This document shows, piece by piece, positions 22,478-32,123 of a stretch of DNA of 64,000 bases. Position 1 is the stretch's first letter; each line of letters begins with the position of its first letter. The stretch is from NCBI GenBank assembly GCA_963734495.1, contig CAVTHK010000003.1:320001-384000 (forward strand). The letters are read 5' to 3'. The stretch is from an uncultured Spirochaetota bacterium. Its GTDB lineage: Bacteria > Spirochaetota > Spirochaetia > SZUA-6 > CAVTHK01. The notes beneath the pieces were generated by a model, which saw only the letters and a program-made list of their open reading frames with translations, was not told where the DNA came from and made no database searches. Both the position numbers and the translations under genes were made by a program.

Positions 22478-22879
22478 ATGGCTCTGGGCAGAATTGACCA
22501 CATCGACCTCATCGTCGAGGATCTCACAACGGCCGAGGAATACTTCACGACGAAGCTGGGGTTCAAGCTCCTCCGACGCACCGACCACGCCGGCAAGTCG
22601 ATCGAGCTCCAGTCTCCGGCGGGGGATTTCTTTTTCGACCTGCATCAGGGGACCGAGGAGCTGTACAAGGAAGAGCGGGAGCAGCCCGGCGGCCGCTGTC
22701 ACTTCGGGCACGTTGCGTTCCGAGTCAGGGACATAGAGAAGGAGATGAAGGACCTCAAGGCGAAGGGCGTGAAGCTGACGCGGGAGGCTCCGTACGACCA
22801 CCCGATCACCGGCCGCCGAATCGTCGGCGTGTCGGACGCCGACGGACGTTTCTGGCTTCAGCTGACGGAAAACAAGTAA
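22478..22879 (+). CDS. VOC-family protein
   Basis: IDHIDLIVEDL, HVAFRV and terminal DADG..LQLTE. Confidence 0.85.
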   Translation: MALGRIDHIDLIVEDLTTAEEYFTTKLGFKLLRRTDHAGKSIELQSPAGDFFFDLHQGTEELYKEEREQPGGRCHFGHVAFRVRDIEKEMKDLKAKGVKLTREAPYDHPITGRRIVGVSDADGRFWLQLTENK

Positions 22880-22949
22880 CGCGAGTCGCAGCACGACGGC
22901 AGACCGCGGCTTCCTGCCGCGGCCGCACCGCGTTCGGGAGGGCACGCCT

Positions 22950-24098
22950 GTGAAAATAGTCGACGTCAAGACGTACGTTGTGGGCAATCCGCCCCCCCAC
23001 CGCGGCGGCCTCAACTGGGTGTTCCTCAAGCTCACCACGGACAGCGGCATCCACGGGTTCGGGGAGGCGTACTGGGTCCCCTTTGATGCGCGGACCGTCG
23101 TTCGCATGATCGAGGACATCGGGGAGCGGTACGCGATCGGCGCGGACCCGTTCAAGATCGAAGCCCTGTGGCGCCTCATGTACCGCCACGGTCACCCCGA
23201 CGTGACCAGGATGGCGGTGATCAGCGCCTTCGAGATGGCGTGCTGGGACATCGTCGGCAAGGAGCTCGACCAGCCGATCTACAACCTCCTCGGCGGCAAG
23301 ATCAACGAGCGGCTGCGGTCGTACAGCTATATCTATCCGTCGCCCGAAGAGGCCGACCAGTACATCCTGCAGACGGACCCCGAGCGCGCGCCGGCGGTCG
23401 CGGCCGAATACGTCAAGCGTGGCTTTACGGCGGTCAAGTTCGATCCTGCGCTGCCCTTGCTGCCCTCCGACCCGAGGCAACTCTCGCTCGAAGCGCTCGA
23501 CAGGGCGGAGCGGGTCGTTGGGAACATACGGGAGGCCGTGGGAACGCGGTGCGATCTGCTGGTCGGCACCCACGCGCAGATGACCACCTCCAGCGCCATC
23601 CGGCTCGCGAAGCGGATAGAGAAGTACGACCCGCTGTGGATCGAGGAGCCGGTGCCCCTCGAAAACTGCGACGAGATGGCGCGCGTCGCGCGGTCCACGA
23701 GCATCCCCGTGGCCACGGGCGAGAGGCTGTCGACGAAGTTCGAGTTCCGCGAGCTGCTCGAAAAGCAGGCCGCGGCGATCCTCCAGCCGGCCCTCGGGCG
23801 CGTGGGCGGAATCCTCGAAGCGAAAAAGATCGCCGGGATGGCCGAGGCCTACTACGCGCACATGGCGCCGCACCTGTGGTGCGGCCCCGTCGAGCTCGCA
23901 GCGAGCATCCAGCTCGGCGCCTGCTGTCCGAACTTCCTCATCCTGGAGATCATCGACACGCTGGGCGGGTTCTACGCCGAGATCCTGAAGAAGCCGTTCC
24001 GCTGGGAAGATGGGTACGTGATCCCTCCCGAAGAGCCGGGTCTCGGCATCGAGCTGAGCGAAGAGGTGATGGCGCAACATCCCAGCTATGCGGATTGA
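22950..24098 (+). CDS. Mandelate racemase/muconate lactonizing enzyme family protein (DgoD-like)
   Basis: WDIVGK, AVKFDP, WIEEP, ATGERL and APH. Confidence 0.88.
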   Translation: MKIVDVKTYVVGNPPPHRGGLNWVFLKLTTDSGIHGFGEAYWVPFDARTVVRMIEDIGERYAIGADPFKIEALWRLMYRHGHPDVTRMAVISAFEMACWDIVGKELDQPIYNLLGGKINERLRSYSYIYPSPEEADQYILQTDPERAPAVAAEYVKRGFTAVKFDPALPLLPSDPRQLSLEALDRAERVVGNIREAVGTRCDLLVGTHAQMTTSSAIRLAKRIEKYDPLWIEEPVPLENCDEMARVARSTSIPVATGERLSTKFEFRELLEKQAAAILQPALGRVGGILEAKKIAGMAEAYYAHMAPHLWCGPVELAASIQLGACCPNFLILEIIDTLGGFYAEILKKPFRWEDGYVIPPEEPGLGIELSEEVMAQHPSYAD

Positions 24099-24128
24099 TC
24101 CGGTGGTACGCCCGTCCGGCAGAACAAC

Positions 24129-25106
24129 ATGCGAGCCTACGTAATCAGACGGCTTCTCATCGCGATCCCCACGCTGCTGCTCGCGAGCGTTCTAGTCTTC
24201 TTCGTGATCCAGCTCCTCCCGGGCGACATCACGGACATCATACAGGCCTCGCCCAGCGTCGAGAAGATCGACATCACCTCGATCAGGCACAACTTCGGGC
24301 TGGACGTCCCGCCGATCGTCCAATACGCCCGCTGGCTGGGGATTCTGCCTGGTCCCGAAGGCAAGTACGCCGGCGTGCTCCAGGGGGACTTCGGCGTTTC
24401 GTGGTGGAGGCAGGTGCCGGTGACGAGGCTGCTCGCCGGTCGCTGGCCGGTGACGCTGGAGCTCGGGCTGCTGGCCCTCATCGTGGCGCAGTTGATCGCC
24501 CTCCCTACGGGCGTGCTTTCCGCGCTCCGGCAGGATACCTGGGCCGACTACGTGGCGCGGGGTACGGCGATCTTCTGCATCGCGGTGCCCAGCTTCTGGC
24601 TGGGCACCATGATCATCGTCTTCCCGTCGATCTGGTGGGGCTACACTCCTCCGATCGGGCTGGTGCGCTTCGCGAAGGACCCATTGCGCAACTTGCAGAT
24701 GTTCCTCGTCCCCGCGATCGTCACCGGCATGGAGCTCTCGGGGATCACCATGAGGCTGACCCGGACGATGATGCTAGAGGTGCTCAGGCAGGACTACATC
24801 CGCACCGCCTGGGCCAAGGGCCTCAGGCAGAGGGTCATCGTGAACCGGCACGCGCTCAAGAATGCCATCATCCCGGTTGTCACGATCGTCGGGATGCAGC
24901 TCCCCATCATGGTCGGGGGCACGGTCATCGTCGAGCAGATCTTCAGCCTGCCGGGAATGGGGCGGCTGATCATAGACGCTACGCTCCAGCGCGATGAGCC
25001 GCTGTTGCGCGCGGAGGTGCTGCTCATCGCCGTGGTCCTCGTCGGGATCAATCTCGTGGTCGATCTCTCCTATGCGTACCTGGATCCGCGGATTCGCGCA
25101 GGCTGA
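24129..25106 (+). CDS. ABC transporter permease (DppB-like)
   Basis: YVIRRLL, GDFGVS and DYIRTAWAKGL. Confidence 0.9.
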   Translation: MRAYVIRRLLIAIPTLLLASVLVFFVIQLLPGDITDIIQASPSVEKIDITSIRHNFGLDVPPIVQYARWLGILPGPEGKYAGVLQGDFGVSWWRQVPVTRLLAGRWPVTLELGLLALIVAQLIALPTGVLSALRQDTWADYVARGTAIFCIAVPSFWLGTMIIVFPSIWWGYTPPIGLVRFAKDPLRNLQMFLVPAIVTGMELSGITMRLTRTMMLEVLRQDYIRTAWAKGLRQRVIVNRHALKNAIIPVVTIVGMQLPIMVGGTVIVEQIFSLPGMGRLIIDATLQRDEPLLRAEVLLIAVVLVGINLVVDLSYAYLDPRIRAG

Positions 25107-25127
25107 CGGCGCGGCTGACGAGGTGGG

Positions 25128-26060
25128 GTGATGACGGACACCGCGCGGAAACGCGCCCGGGCAGGCAGACAACTGCGCGCGATCGCCGACTTCGCGAAGC
25201 GCCTCGTCCGCGAGAAGCCGCTGGGCGCGGTCGGCGCCGCGATCACGCTTGTTCTTCTGCTCGCGGGGATTTTTGCCGACTGGCTGGCGCCCTACGGGAT
25301 GAACGAGGCCCACGTCGGCAGCTTCCTGTCGCCGCCGTCCAAGACATTCCTGCTGGGCACCGACAACGTGGGGCGGGACATTCTCTCCCGCGTGATCTTC
25401 GGCGCCCGCGTTTCGGTGTTCGTGGGTCTGATCGCGTCCTCGGTCGCTACCGTGCTCTCTGTGATCATCGGCGTCGTAAGTGGCTACATGGGAGGGAAAG
25501 TCGACCTGCTCGTGCAGCGCGTCGTCGACACATGGATGTCTTTTCCTCAGCTGGTCCTCATGATGGTCATGATGGGGGTGATCGGGCCGGGCATCTGGCA
25601 GGTGAACGTGGTCCTCGGGATATCGTGGGGCATCGTCGGCTCCAGAATCCTCCGCAGCGCCGTCATCGCCGTCAAGGAGAACCAGTACGTGGCCGCGGCG
25701 CGGGCGGTCGGGATCTCGACGACGCGGATCCTCGTGCGGCACATCCTGCCCAACATCATGGCGCCGACGATCATCCTTTTCACGACCCGCGTTCCCAACG
25801 TAATCCTCACCGAAGCGAGCCTGAGCTTCCTTGGGTTCGGCATCCCTGCGCCGACCCCGACCTGGGGCGGGATGCTGAGCGGCAGCGGGCGGTCGTACAT
25901 GTACATGGCCCCATGGATGGTCGTCTGGCCGGGCCTGGCGCTGGCGACCGTGGTCTGGGGAGTGAACATGTTCGGCGACGCTGTGAGGGACCTGCTCGAC
26001 CCCAAGCTGAGGGGCGGAGCGGGAAGATTCGACGCCGGGGCTGCACGACCCGCGAAGTGA
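25128..26060 (+). CDS. ABC transporter permease (DppC-like)
   Basis: LGTDNVGRDILSR, HILPNI and EASLSFLGFG. Confidence 0.9.
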   Translation: MMTDTARKRARAGRQLRAIADFAKRLVREKPLGAVGAAITLVLLLAGIFADWLAPYGMNEAHVGSFLSPPSKTFLLGTDNVGRDILSRVIFGARVSVFVGLIASSVATVLSVIIGVVSGYMGGKVDLLVQRVVDTWMSFPQLVLMMVMMGVIGPGIWQVNVVLGISWGIVGSRILRSAVIAVKENQYVAAARAVGISTTRILVRHILPNIMAPTIILFTTRVPNVILTEASLSFLGFGIPAPTPTWGGMLSGSGRSYMYMAPWMVVWPGLALATVVWGVNMFGDAVRDLLDPKLRGGAGRFDAGAARPAK

Positions 26061-26081
26061 TCCCGCGCAAAGGAGCGAGCA

Positions 26082-27146
26082 TTGGCTTCCAAGGACAGTC
26101 GAAGGGTCGAATACGACAAGCTCGTCGCCCACGCGGCAAAGGTGCTGCGGAGCCTTGGGGTGCCGGAGGGTGATGCCTGGACCACCGGCCGTCTCCTCAC
26201 GGCGGCGGACCTCCGAGGGGTCGACTCCCACGGCGTGGTGAGTCTCGTCCCGTTCTACGCCAAGGGCATCCGCGAGGGACGCATCAACCCGCGCGCGGAC
26301 ATCAAGGTAGTCACCAGGAGCGCGGCCGCCGCGGTCGTGGACGGCGACCGTGGGCTCGGCTTTGTCGTGGGCGACCGGGCCATGAGAGAGGCGATGGGCC
26401 TTGCCGAGGCCGCCGGGGTCGGGGCGGTCACCGTGAGGAACAGCACGCATTTCGGGGCCGCATTCGTGTATACGATGATCGCCCTCGAGCGCGACATGAT
26501 CGGGATCGCCATGACTAATCCCAACCCGGAGGTGATCCCGCCGGGCGCCGCAAAGCCCGGCGTAGGCACCAACCCGATCGCAGTGGCCGTCCCCGCCGGG
26601 CGGTATGCCCCGTTCGTCCTCGACATGGCGACTTCCGTGGTCGCTTCGGGGAAGCTGCGGAAGGCTCAGCTGGAAGGAAGAGGGATCCCCCCCGGCTGGG
26701 CGATCGACAAAGGCGGAGAGCCTATCACGGACCCGGCGAAGCGTTCGTCGGGCGAAGGCGGACTGCTGCCGCTCGGCGGCACGCCGGAGCTCGGCGCATG
26801 GAAAGGGTTCGGGCTCGGCGTCCTCGTGGAGATCCTGTGCGGCGTGCTGTCGGGCGCGTCCGCGAGCATCCTCCGCAACGTCCCGATCGCGTCGGATCAC
26901 TTCTTCGCCGCACTGAGGATCGGCAGCTTCCTCCCGGTAGAGAAATTCAAGGACTCCATGGACCGCATGATCGATTCGCTCAAGGCGCTGCCGAGGCTGC
27001 CGGGCGTCGATCGGGTGACGCTGGCGGGCGAGCTCGAGGCGGAGATCGCCCAGGACCGCAGGGCGAACGGCGTGCCTTTGCATCCGAAGACGCTGCGGGA
27101 GATCGAGGAGCTGTCGAAGGAGCTCGGGATCGATTGCGACCTGTAA
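26082..27146 (+). CDS. Ldh_2-family (malate/L-lactate/L-sulfolactate) oxidoreductase
   Basis: ADLRGVDSHG, RNSTHFG, GTNPIA, LDMATS and KGFGLG. Confidence 0.88.
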   Translation: MASKDSRRVEYDKLVAHAAKVLRSLGVPEGDAWTTGRLLTAADLRGVDSHGVVSLVPFYAKGIREGRINPRADIKVVTRSAAAAVVDGDRGLGFVVGDRAMREAMGLAEAAGVGAVTVRNSTHFGAAFVYTMIALERDMIGIAMTNPNPEVIPPGAAKPGVGTNPIAVAVPAGRYAPFVLDMATSVVASGKLRKAQLEGRGIPPGWAIDKGGEPITDPAKRSSGEGGLLPLGGTPELGAWKGFGLGVLVEILCGVLSGASASILRNVPIASDHFFAALRIGSFLPVEKFKDSMDRMIDSLKALPRLPGVDRVTLAGELEAEIAQDRRANGVPLHPKTLREIEELSKELGIDCDL

Positions 27147-27193
27147 TCTGATCGGCAGCGCGCCGTTCATCCGGACCGATAGGGAGGTGAGAG

Positions 27194-27607
27194 ATGGCAC
27201 TCGGCAGACTCGACCACATCGACCTTCTCGTCGACGACCTGGAAAGAGCCGAACAGTTCTTTGTCGGGAAGATGGGATTCAGGCTTCGCAGGCGCACCGA
27301 GCACGCGGGCAAGTCGGTGGAGCTGACGTCGCCGGCCGGCGATTTCTTTCTTGACCTGCATCAAAAGACCCCGGAGCTGTACGACGCCTGGAAGAAAGGG
27401 GCGCTCGACGGCCCGGGCCCCGTGTGTTTCCAGCATATCGCGTTTCGCGCGAGCGACGTGGGCGCGGAGTTCGAGAGGCTCAAGAAGAGCGGCGTCGCGT
27501 TCTGGCAGGACAAGCCGTTCACGCATCCCGTGACGGGACGCAAGATCGCCGACGCGAAGGACGCCGACAACCGCTACTGGATCCAGCTTACCGAAGGCGA
27601 CGACTAG
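27194..27607 (+). CDS. VOC-family protein (paralog of 22478..22879)
   Basis: LDHIDLLVDDL, RRTEHAGKSVEL and HIAFRA; GGAGG RBS. Confidence 0.85.
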   Translation: MALGRLDHIDLLVDDLERAEQFFVGKMGFRLRRRTEHAGKSVELTSPAGDFFLDLHQKTPELYDAWKKGALDGPGPVCFQHIAFRASDVGAEFERLKKSGVAFWQDKPFTHPVTGRKIADAKDADNRYWIQLTEGDD

Positions 27608-27609
27608 CG

Positions 27610-27815
27610 CCCGCATGATCGCGATCCGCTTCGCGTCGAATCTGGCGGGCACCGACTGCGCGAAGAACTCACTCTGCGAGTCGTCGCGGCCGCAGGTGCA
27701 GAAGAAGTACTTGAAGCCGCGCTCGGTGAGGCGCACGGCGGTCACGCTGTAGCCGATGTTCACCTTTTTCGCGTTCTCGTAGACGTTGCTCGCGGGCTCG
27801 CAGAAGCGGCGGACC
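27610..27815 (-). pseudogene. Internal fragment of a branched-chain amino acid ABC binding protein (LivJ/K-like)
   Basis: ASNVYENAKKVNIGYSVTAVRLTERGFKYFFCTCGRDDSQ..AKRIAIM; no N- or C-terminal parts. Confidence 0.6.
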
Positions 27816-27925
27816 TGCGCGCCGACCCCGGGGTGCAGGCGGCGTACCTCGGCGGCCGCGCGCTCGAGCGCCGCCGCGCCGCCGGCCAGGCCGACGCCGG
27901 CGCTTGAGGGCCCCCGGCGCGGGCC

Positions 27926-29499
27926 CTACTTGCGCAGGTAGGCGAGCTTCGCGGGAAGCGGCAGGTTGTTCCCGAAGTCGTCTTCGCCGTAGCCGCTTTC
28001 GGCCAGCAGCTTGATGTCCTCGAGCACCCTGCGGTCCCCGTAGAAGGACACCGTCACGTCCATCTCCATGTCGATCTTGCCGATCGCCAGAAGCTGGGTG
28101 AGGGCCCGCGTCACGAACTCCGGCCGCGTCTCGTCCTCGCGCATCGAGACGTCCTCGAGCGTGAGGTTCCGCTCGTAGAGCACGATCTTGTTGCGCGTGA
28201 ACATCTCGTGCGCGACCTCGCGGACGAAAGCGGCCGGGTCCTCGTCCGGGCTGTCGTTCAGGTTGCAGCGGTAGACCTCGAGAGCGAGGAGCCTGCGCTT
28301 GACCGCGCTGATCTTCTCGTTGGCGCGGAACAGGTCGAGGGTGAACCCCGCGTTGTAGGTCTCCTTTTCCAGCTTCATCGCCACGTCGCTGCCGTAGTGG
28401 GCGACGATCTTGGCGACCATCGTCGAAGGCCGCACGTGGAAGCCCCGGTAGCGCGGCACCGGCACGGTGACGTGCCCCTGGATGGCGTAGCGGCGCAGCA
28501 TCTCGTGGCAGAGGCCGCGGGTCGTGAGCATGTAGCGGCTGGCGAACGCGAGGGAGTAGCTCATCAGCACGCCGAGGACCTCGGTGGGGTCGACGATCGG
28601 TCCGTCGGCCGCGGCGCCCGGGCCCGGGCTCTGCGGGTCGCCGCCAGGGCCCCTGCGCGACGCGAAGCTCAGGATGTGGCGCTCGCAGTAGTGGGCGAGG
28701 GCCGTCGCGGTCTCGAGCAGGTGATAGATGACCGAGACGTGGCCCCGCAGCACCGGGAGGTCGGCGTCGAGGCTCTCGACGTTGGTCTCGGAGATGTGGG
28801 TGTCGTACAGGGACTGCAGGTTGTGGAACCGCTGCTCGAGATCGCGCAGGCGCGCTTCGTTGATCGGTTCGGGGATCCAGTCCGCGTAGTGGTCCGGTTT
28901 CTCCTGCTGCGTGACGTGGATGAACTTGCCGTCCTCGGCGAGGTTCAGAAAGGCGGTGGCGACGCGCGTCGACGGTCTCCTCGGGCGAGGCGGCTTTCTC
29001 GCTGGTGCGGTCGGCCGGGAGATGACCCCGCGCGAGCGTCTCGACGTAGGCGTCCCCGGGGCCGCCCTCCTCGCGCAGCGTCAGGCCGAGGCCGCCGGCC
29101 GCGGCGATGAGCGCCTCGAGGCTGCGCCGCAGGATGCCGCAGACGACCTCGAGGGCCTGCGGTCGTGGCCGCCGGGAAGTCCCGCTCCACCGGCAGCAGC
29201 CGGTAGGCGGGCAGGAACAGCAGGATGTGCTGGAGCTGGTAGGCCACGCCCGAGAACAGCTTGATCGTCGCGGTCAGACGGCGCAGCGGGTACCAGCGCC
29301 TGTTGCGGCCCGCGCCGTACACGTCGAGGATCTCTTCGAGCTCGCTGGCGGCGCCCAGCATCCCGTGGAGCAGGGGGCGCGTGAAGCAGGCCGCCCCGCT
29401 CGTCGCTGCCGCACACCGCGGCGGCGCTGGCCGAGAAGCTCGCCGGTGCAGCCCCCGACCACCGCTCAGAAGACGTTCCTCGGGCAGGAGGGAATCCAT
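27926..29499 (-). CDS. Large (~520 aa) protein with a C-terminal HPr-like phosphocarrier domain, frameshifted
   Basis: VTVPVPRYRGFHVRPSTMVAKIVAHYGSDV resembles the HPr GLHARP motif; upstream TTGCCG-N17-TACTCT promoter at 29515-29543. Confidence 0.7.
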
Positions 29500-29581
29500 G
29501 TTCGTCCGGGTCCAAGAGTAGCCGCGCCGGTGCGTTTCGGCAAGACGCACGGGGCCTGTGAGCGACGCCGGGGCGCACGGC

Positions 29582-30639
29582 CTACCGCGCCCGGCTCAGC
29601 CGATCCGACGGCCTTCCGCTCCCGGTCGGAGACGAAGCTCGCGTCGAGGTAGCGCTGCACCTTGAGGCCGTTGGCAAAGTCGCTCTCGTCGTCGCGGCGC
29701 GTCGCGGATCGCCTTGACGAAGCGCTGGTAGTTCGAAGGCGTGGGCTCGGCCTCGATGGTCTCCCACTCCCGGGCGGCGATCGTGTAGAGGTAGCAGGCG
29801 GTCTGGGAGCGGTCGAAGTCGACCTCGATCGTCCCCTTGTCGCCGTAGACCCTGATGAACTCGCGGTTGACGTATGCCGGAGCCCACCGCGTCGAGTGGA
29901 TGGTCCCGATCACGCCGGAGGCGAAGGTCACCGTCGCGACCATGCTGTCGTTCGCGTCGAGGACGTACTCGCCGATGCGGTTCCCGGGCACGCCCTTGTC
30001 GTAGGTCTCGAGCCGGCAGTACAGCTCGGCGATGTCGCCGCAGAGGAAGGCGGCCATGTCGTAGATGTGGCAGCCCAGGTCGCCGAGCACGCCCTGGCTG
30101 CCGTGGCGGGTGGAGAGGCGCCAGGTCAGGCGCGGGTTGTTCCGCCAGTCGCCCCAGTCGGATGCGGCGAGCCAGCTCTGCAGGTAGCTCGCCTCCATGT
30201 GCCGGATCGCGCCGATGCGCCCGAGCCGGATCAGGTCGCGCGCCTTCTGCAGGCCCGACGCGTTGCGCTTGGAGTAGTTGACCATCGCCGACGACGCCCG
30301 CCTTCTGCCAGGCCGCGACCATGCGCTCCGCGTCGGCGAGCGTCGAGGCCATGGGCTTCTCGCAGAGCACGGGCACGCCTGCGGCGAGCGCCTCGATCGC
30401 GGCCTCGGCGTGGGCCCTGTCGGGCGTGACGATGGACACGCCGTCGAGCTTCTCCTTTGCCAGCATCTCCCGGTAGTCGGCGTAGCGGCGCGGGATCTTC
30501 GTGCGCGTCGCAGAACGCGGACAGGTTCTCCGGCGGAGATGTCGCTGCCCGCGACCACGCTCACGCCCTTCATCTCCTGATAGGCCTTGACGTGGGTCTT
30601 CGCCATGGATCCGGTGCCGATGATGCCGAGCTTGAGCAC
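29582..30639 (-). CDS. Gfo/Idh/MocA-family oxidoreductase, frameshifted
   Basis: LGIIGTG, VLCEKPMA and GVLGDLGCHIYD. Confidence 0.85.
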
Positions 30640-30655
30640 GCTCCCTCCCGCGAGG

Positions 30656-30977
30656 CTAGGAGCCGCAGCAGCCGCCCTGCGGAGCGGAGTTGCCGCAGGC
30701 GCGCAGGAACCGCAGTCCGGCTGCCGCGCAGCCAGCTCCCGACCACGGCCGCCGCGCAGCCGACGCCCGCCTGCACGCTGATGGCGCCGGCGCTGCAGTT
30801 GCGCGCGCAGGCGCCGCACTCGATGCAGGCGTCGCGGTCCACGATGGCGACGCGCTTCGCTGCGCGCGCGAGCACCGCGCGCGGACAGACCTCGAGGCAG
30901 CGCAGGCAGCCGGTGCAGCGCTCCTCGTCCAGGGCGAGGGTCACGACGTTGCGCAGGTACCTCACGGCCGCGCTCAC
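30656..30977 (-). CDS. hgcB: Mercury methylation 2[4Fe-4S] ferredoxin HgcB (tail frameshifted)
   Basis: RYLRNVVTLALD, CTGCLRCLEVCP, CIECGACARNC, GVGCAAA and terminal GGCCGS-stop in an adjacent frame; GTGA overlap with hgcA. Confidence 0.88.
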
Positions 30978-32021
30978 AGGCTCACCCCCCAGGTGCGGAT
31001 CTTCTGCGCGATCACGAGCGCCGCAACGGCGAGCGCGGCCGCCGCGTACAGCGGCACCGCGACTCTCAGCTCGCGTTGAACGCCGGAGATATTGGTGAAG
31101 GTGGATGCGCCCGTAAAGGCGAGCGCGAGCGCCGAGGCGACCGCCGGCACGAGGACGAGCGCCGTCGCGGCGGCGAGGCGCGGTCTCGCGCAGCGCCGGC
31201 AGCGCGAGGAGCGCCGCGGCCGCGACCGCCAGGCCGACGAGGGCGCCCTTGACCGCGAAGGCGCGTCCCGGAACCAGCGGCAGCAGCAGCGGCGTGAGGA
31301 ACGAGCCGGACACGACGGCGAGCGCGCCGAGCAGCGGCCAGGGGCCAGCCCGTCACGAGCGCGCGCGCGAAGAGGATCCCCTGCGGCGCGAGCCCGAAGA
31401 CAACGAGGACGCCGAGGACGAAGAGGAGCAGCCTGGGCAGCGCCGGGACCAGCTCCATCGGGATCAGGGCCAGCCGGTCGGACGAGCGCGAAGCGCACCT
31501 CGCGCACCGACGCGGGAACGCGGCCGCCCGCGTCGAGCGCCTCGGGCAGGTCCGCCGCGCGCACCGGGCCGTAGCTCACGCGGAAGCCGGTGCCCGGCCT
31601 CCACCACGTGCGCGCTCACGCCGGGCGCGCCGAGCTGCGGCAGGATCACGCGGCGGTGGTCGACGAGGCCTTCGAGGCCGCGCCTCCCGGATGCGCGCTA
31701 TGAGCTCCGCGGTGCCGAACGTGCCCTTCCCCGCGGCGCACCAGACGTTGATGCCCTTCGTGTCGAGCACGAGGATCCACGCGTCCCGCCCGGCCAGCGA
31801 GCGTCCGCAGGTGGTCGAAGCTCAGCTTGTAGTTGGCGGTGACGAGCACCGGCGAATCGCGTCCCGCCGCGCCCAGGCGATAGAGGCCGGGCGCCACGGC
31901 GTAGCGCATCCGGAACCGGTTGCTCAGGCGGCAGAGAAGCCGGCCGCGCGTGTCTCCGGGCCGACCACTGGCTGTCGGCCTCGCGGACGCTGCTGCGGCC
32001 GCGCAGCAGCTTTCAGGCCAT
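30974..32021 (-). CDS. hgcA: Mercury methylation corrinoid protein HgcA, multiple frameshifts
   Basis: PGLY, PVLVTANYKLSFD, cap helix GINVWCAAGKGTFG, ILPQLGAPGV, YGPVRAADLP, transmembrane region and FTGASTFT..SGVQRE. Confidence 0.92.
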
Positions 32022-32043
32022 TTCGAGCGCTCCCTCGGCGGCG

Positions 32044-32072
32044 ATGGTAGCCGGGACGAGGCAGGAGCGCAA
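32044..32072 (-). promoter_or_regulatory. Putative hgcA promoter TTGCGC-N17-TACCAT
   Basis: 17-nt spacing; followed by GAGGGAG RBS and ATG 32021. Confidence 0.5.
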
Positions 32073-32123
32073 CCGGCCGGACGTGCGATACTACGGGCGT
32101 GACCGACGAGGGAGGCGGCGGCG

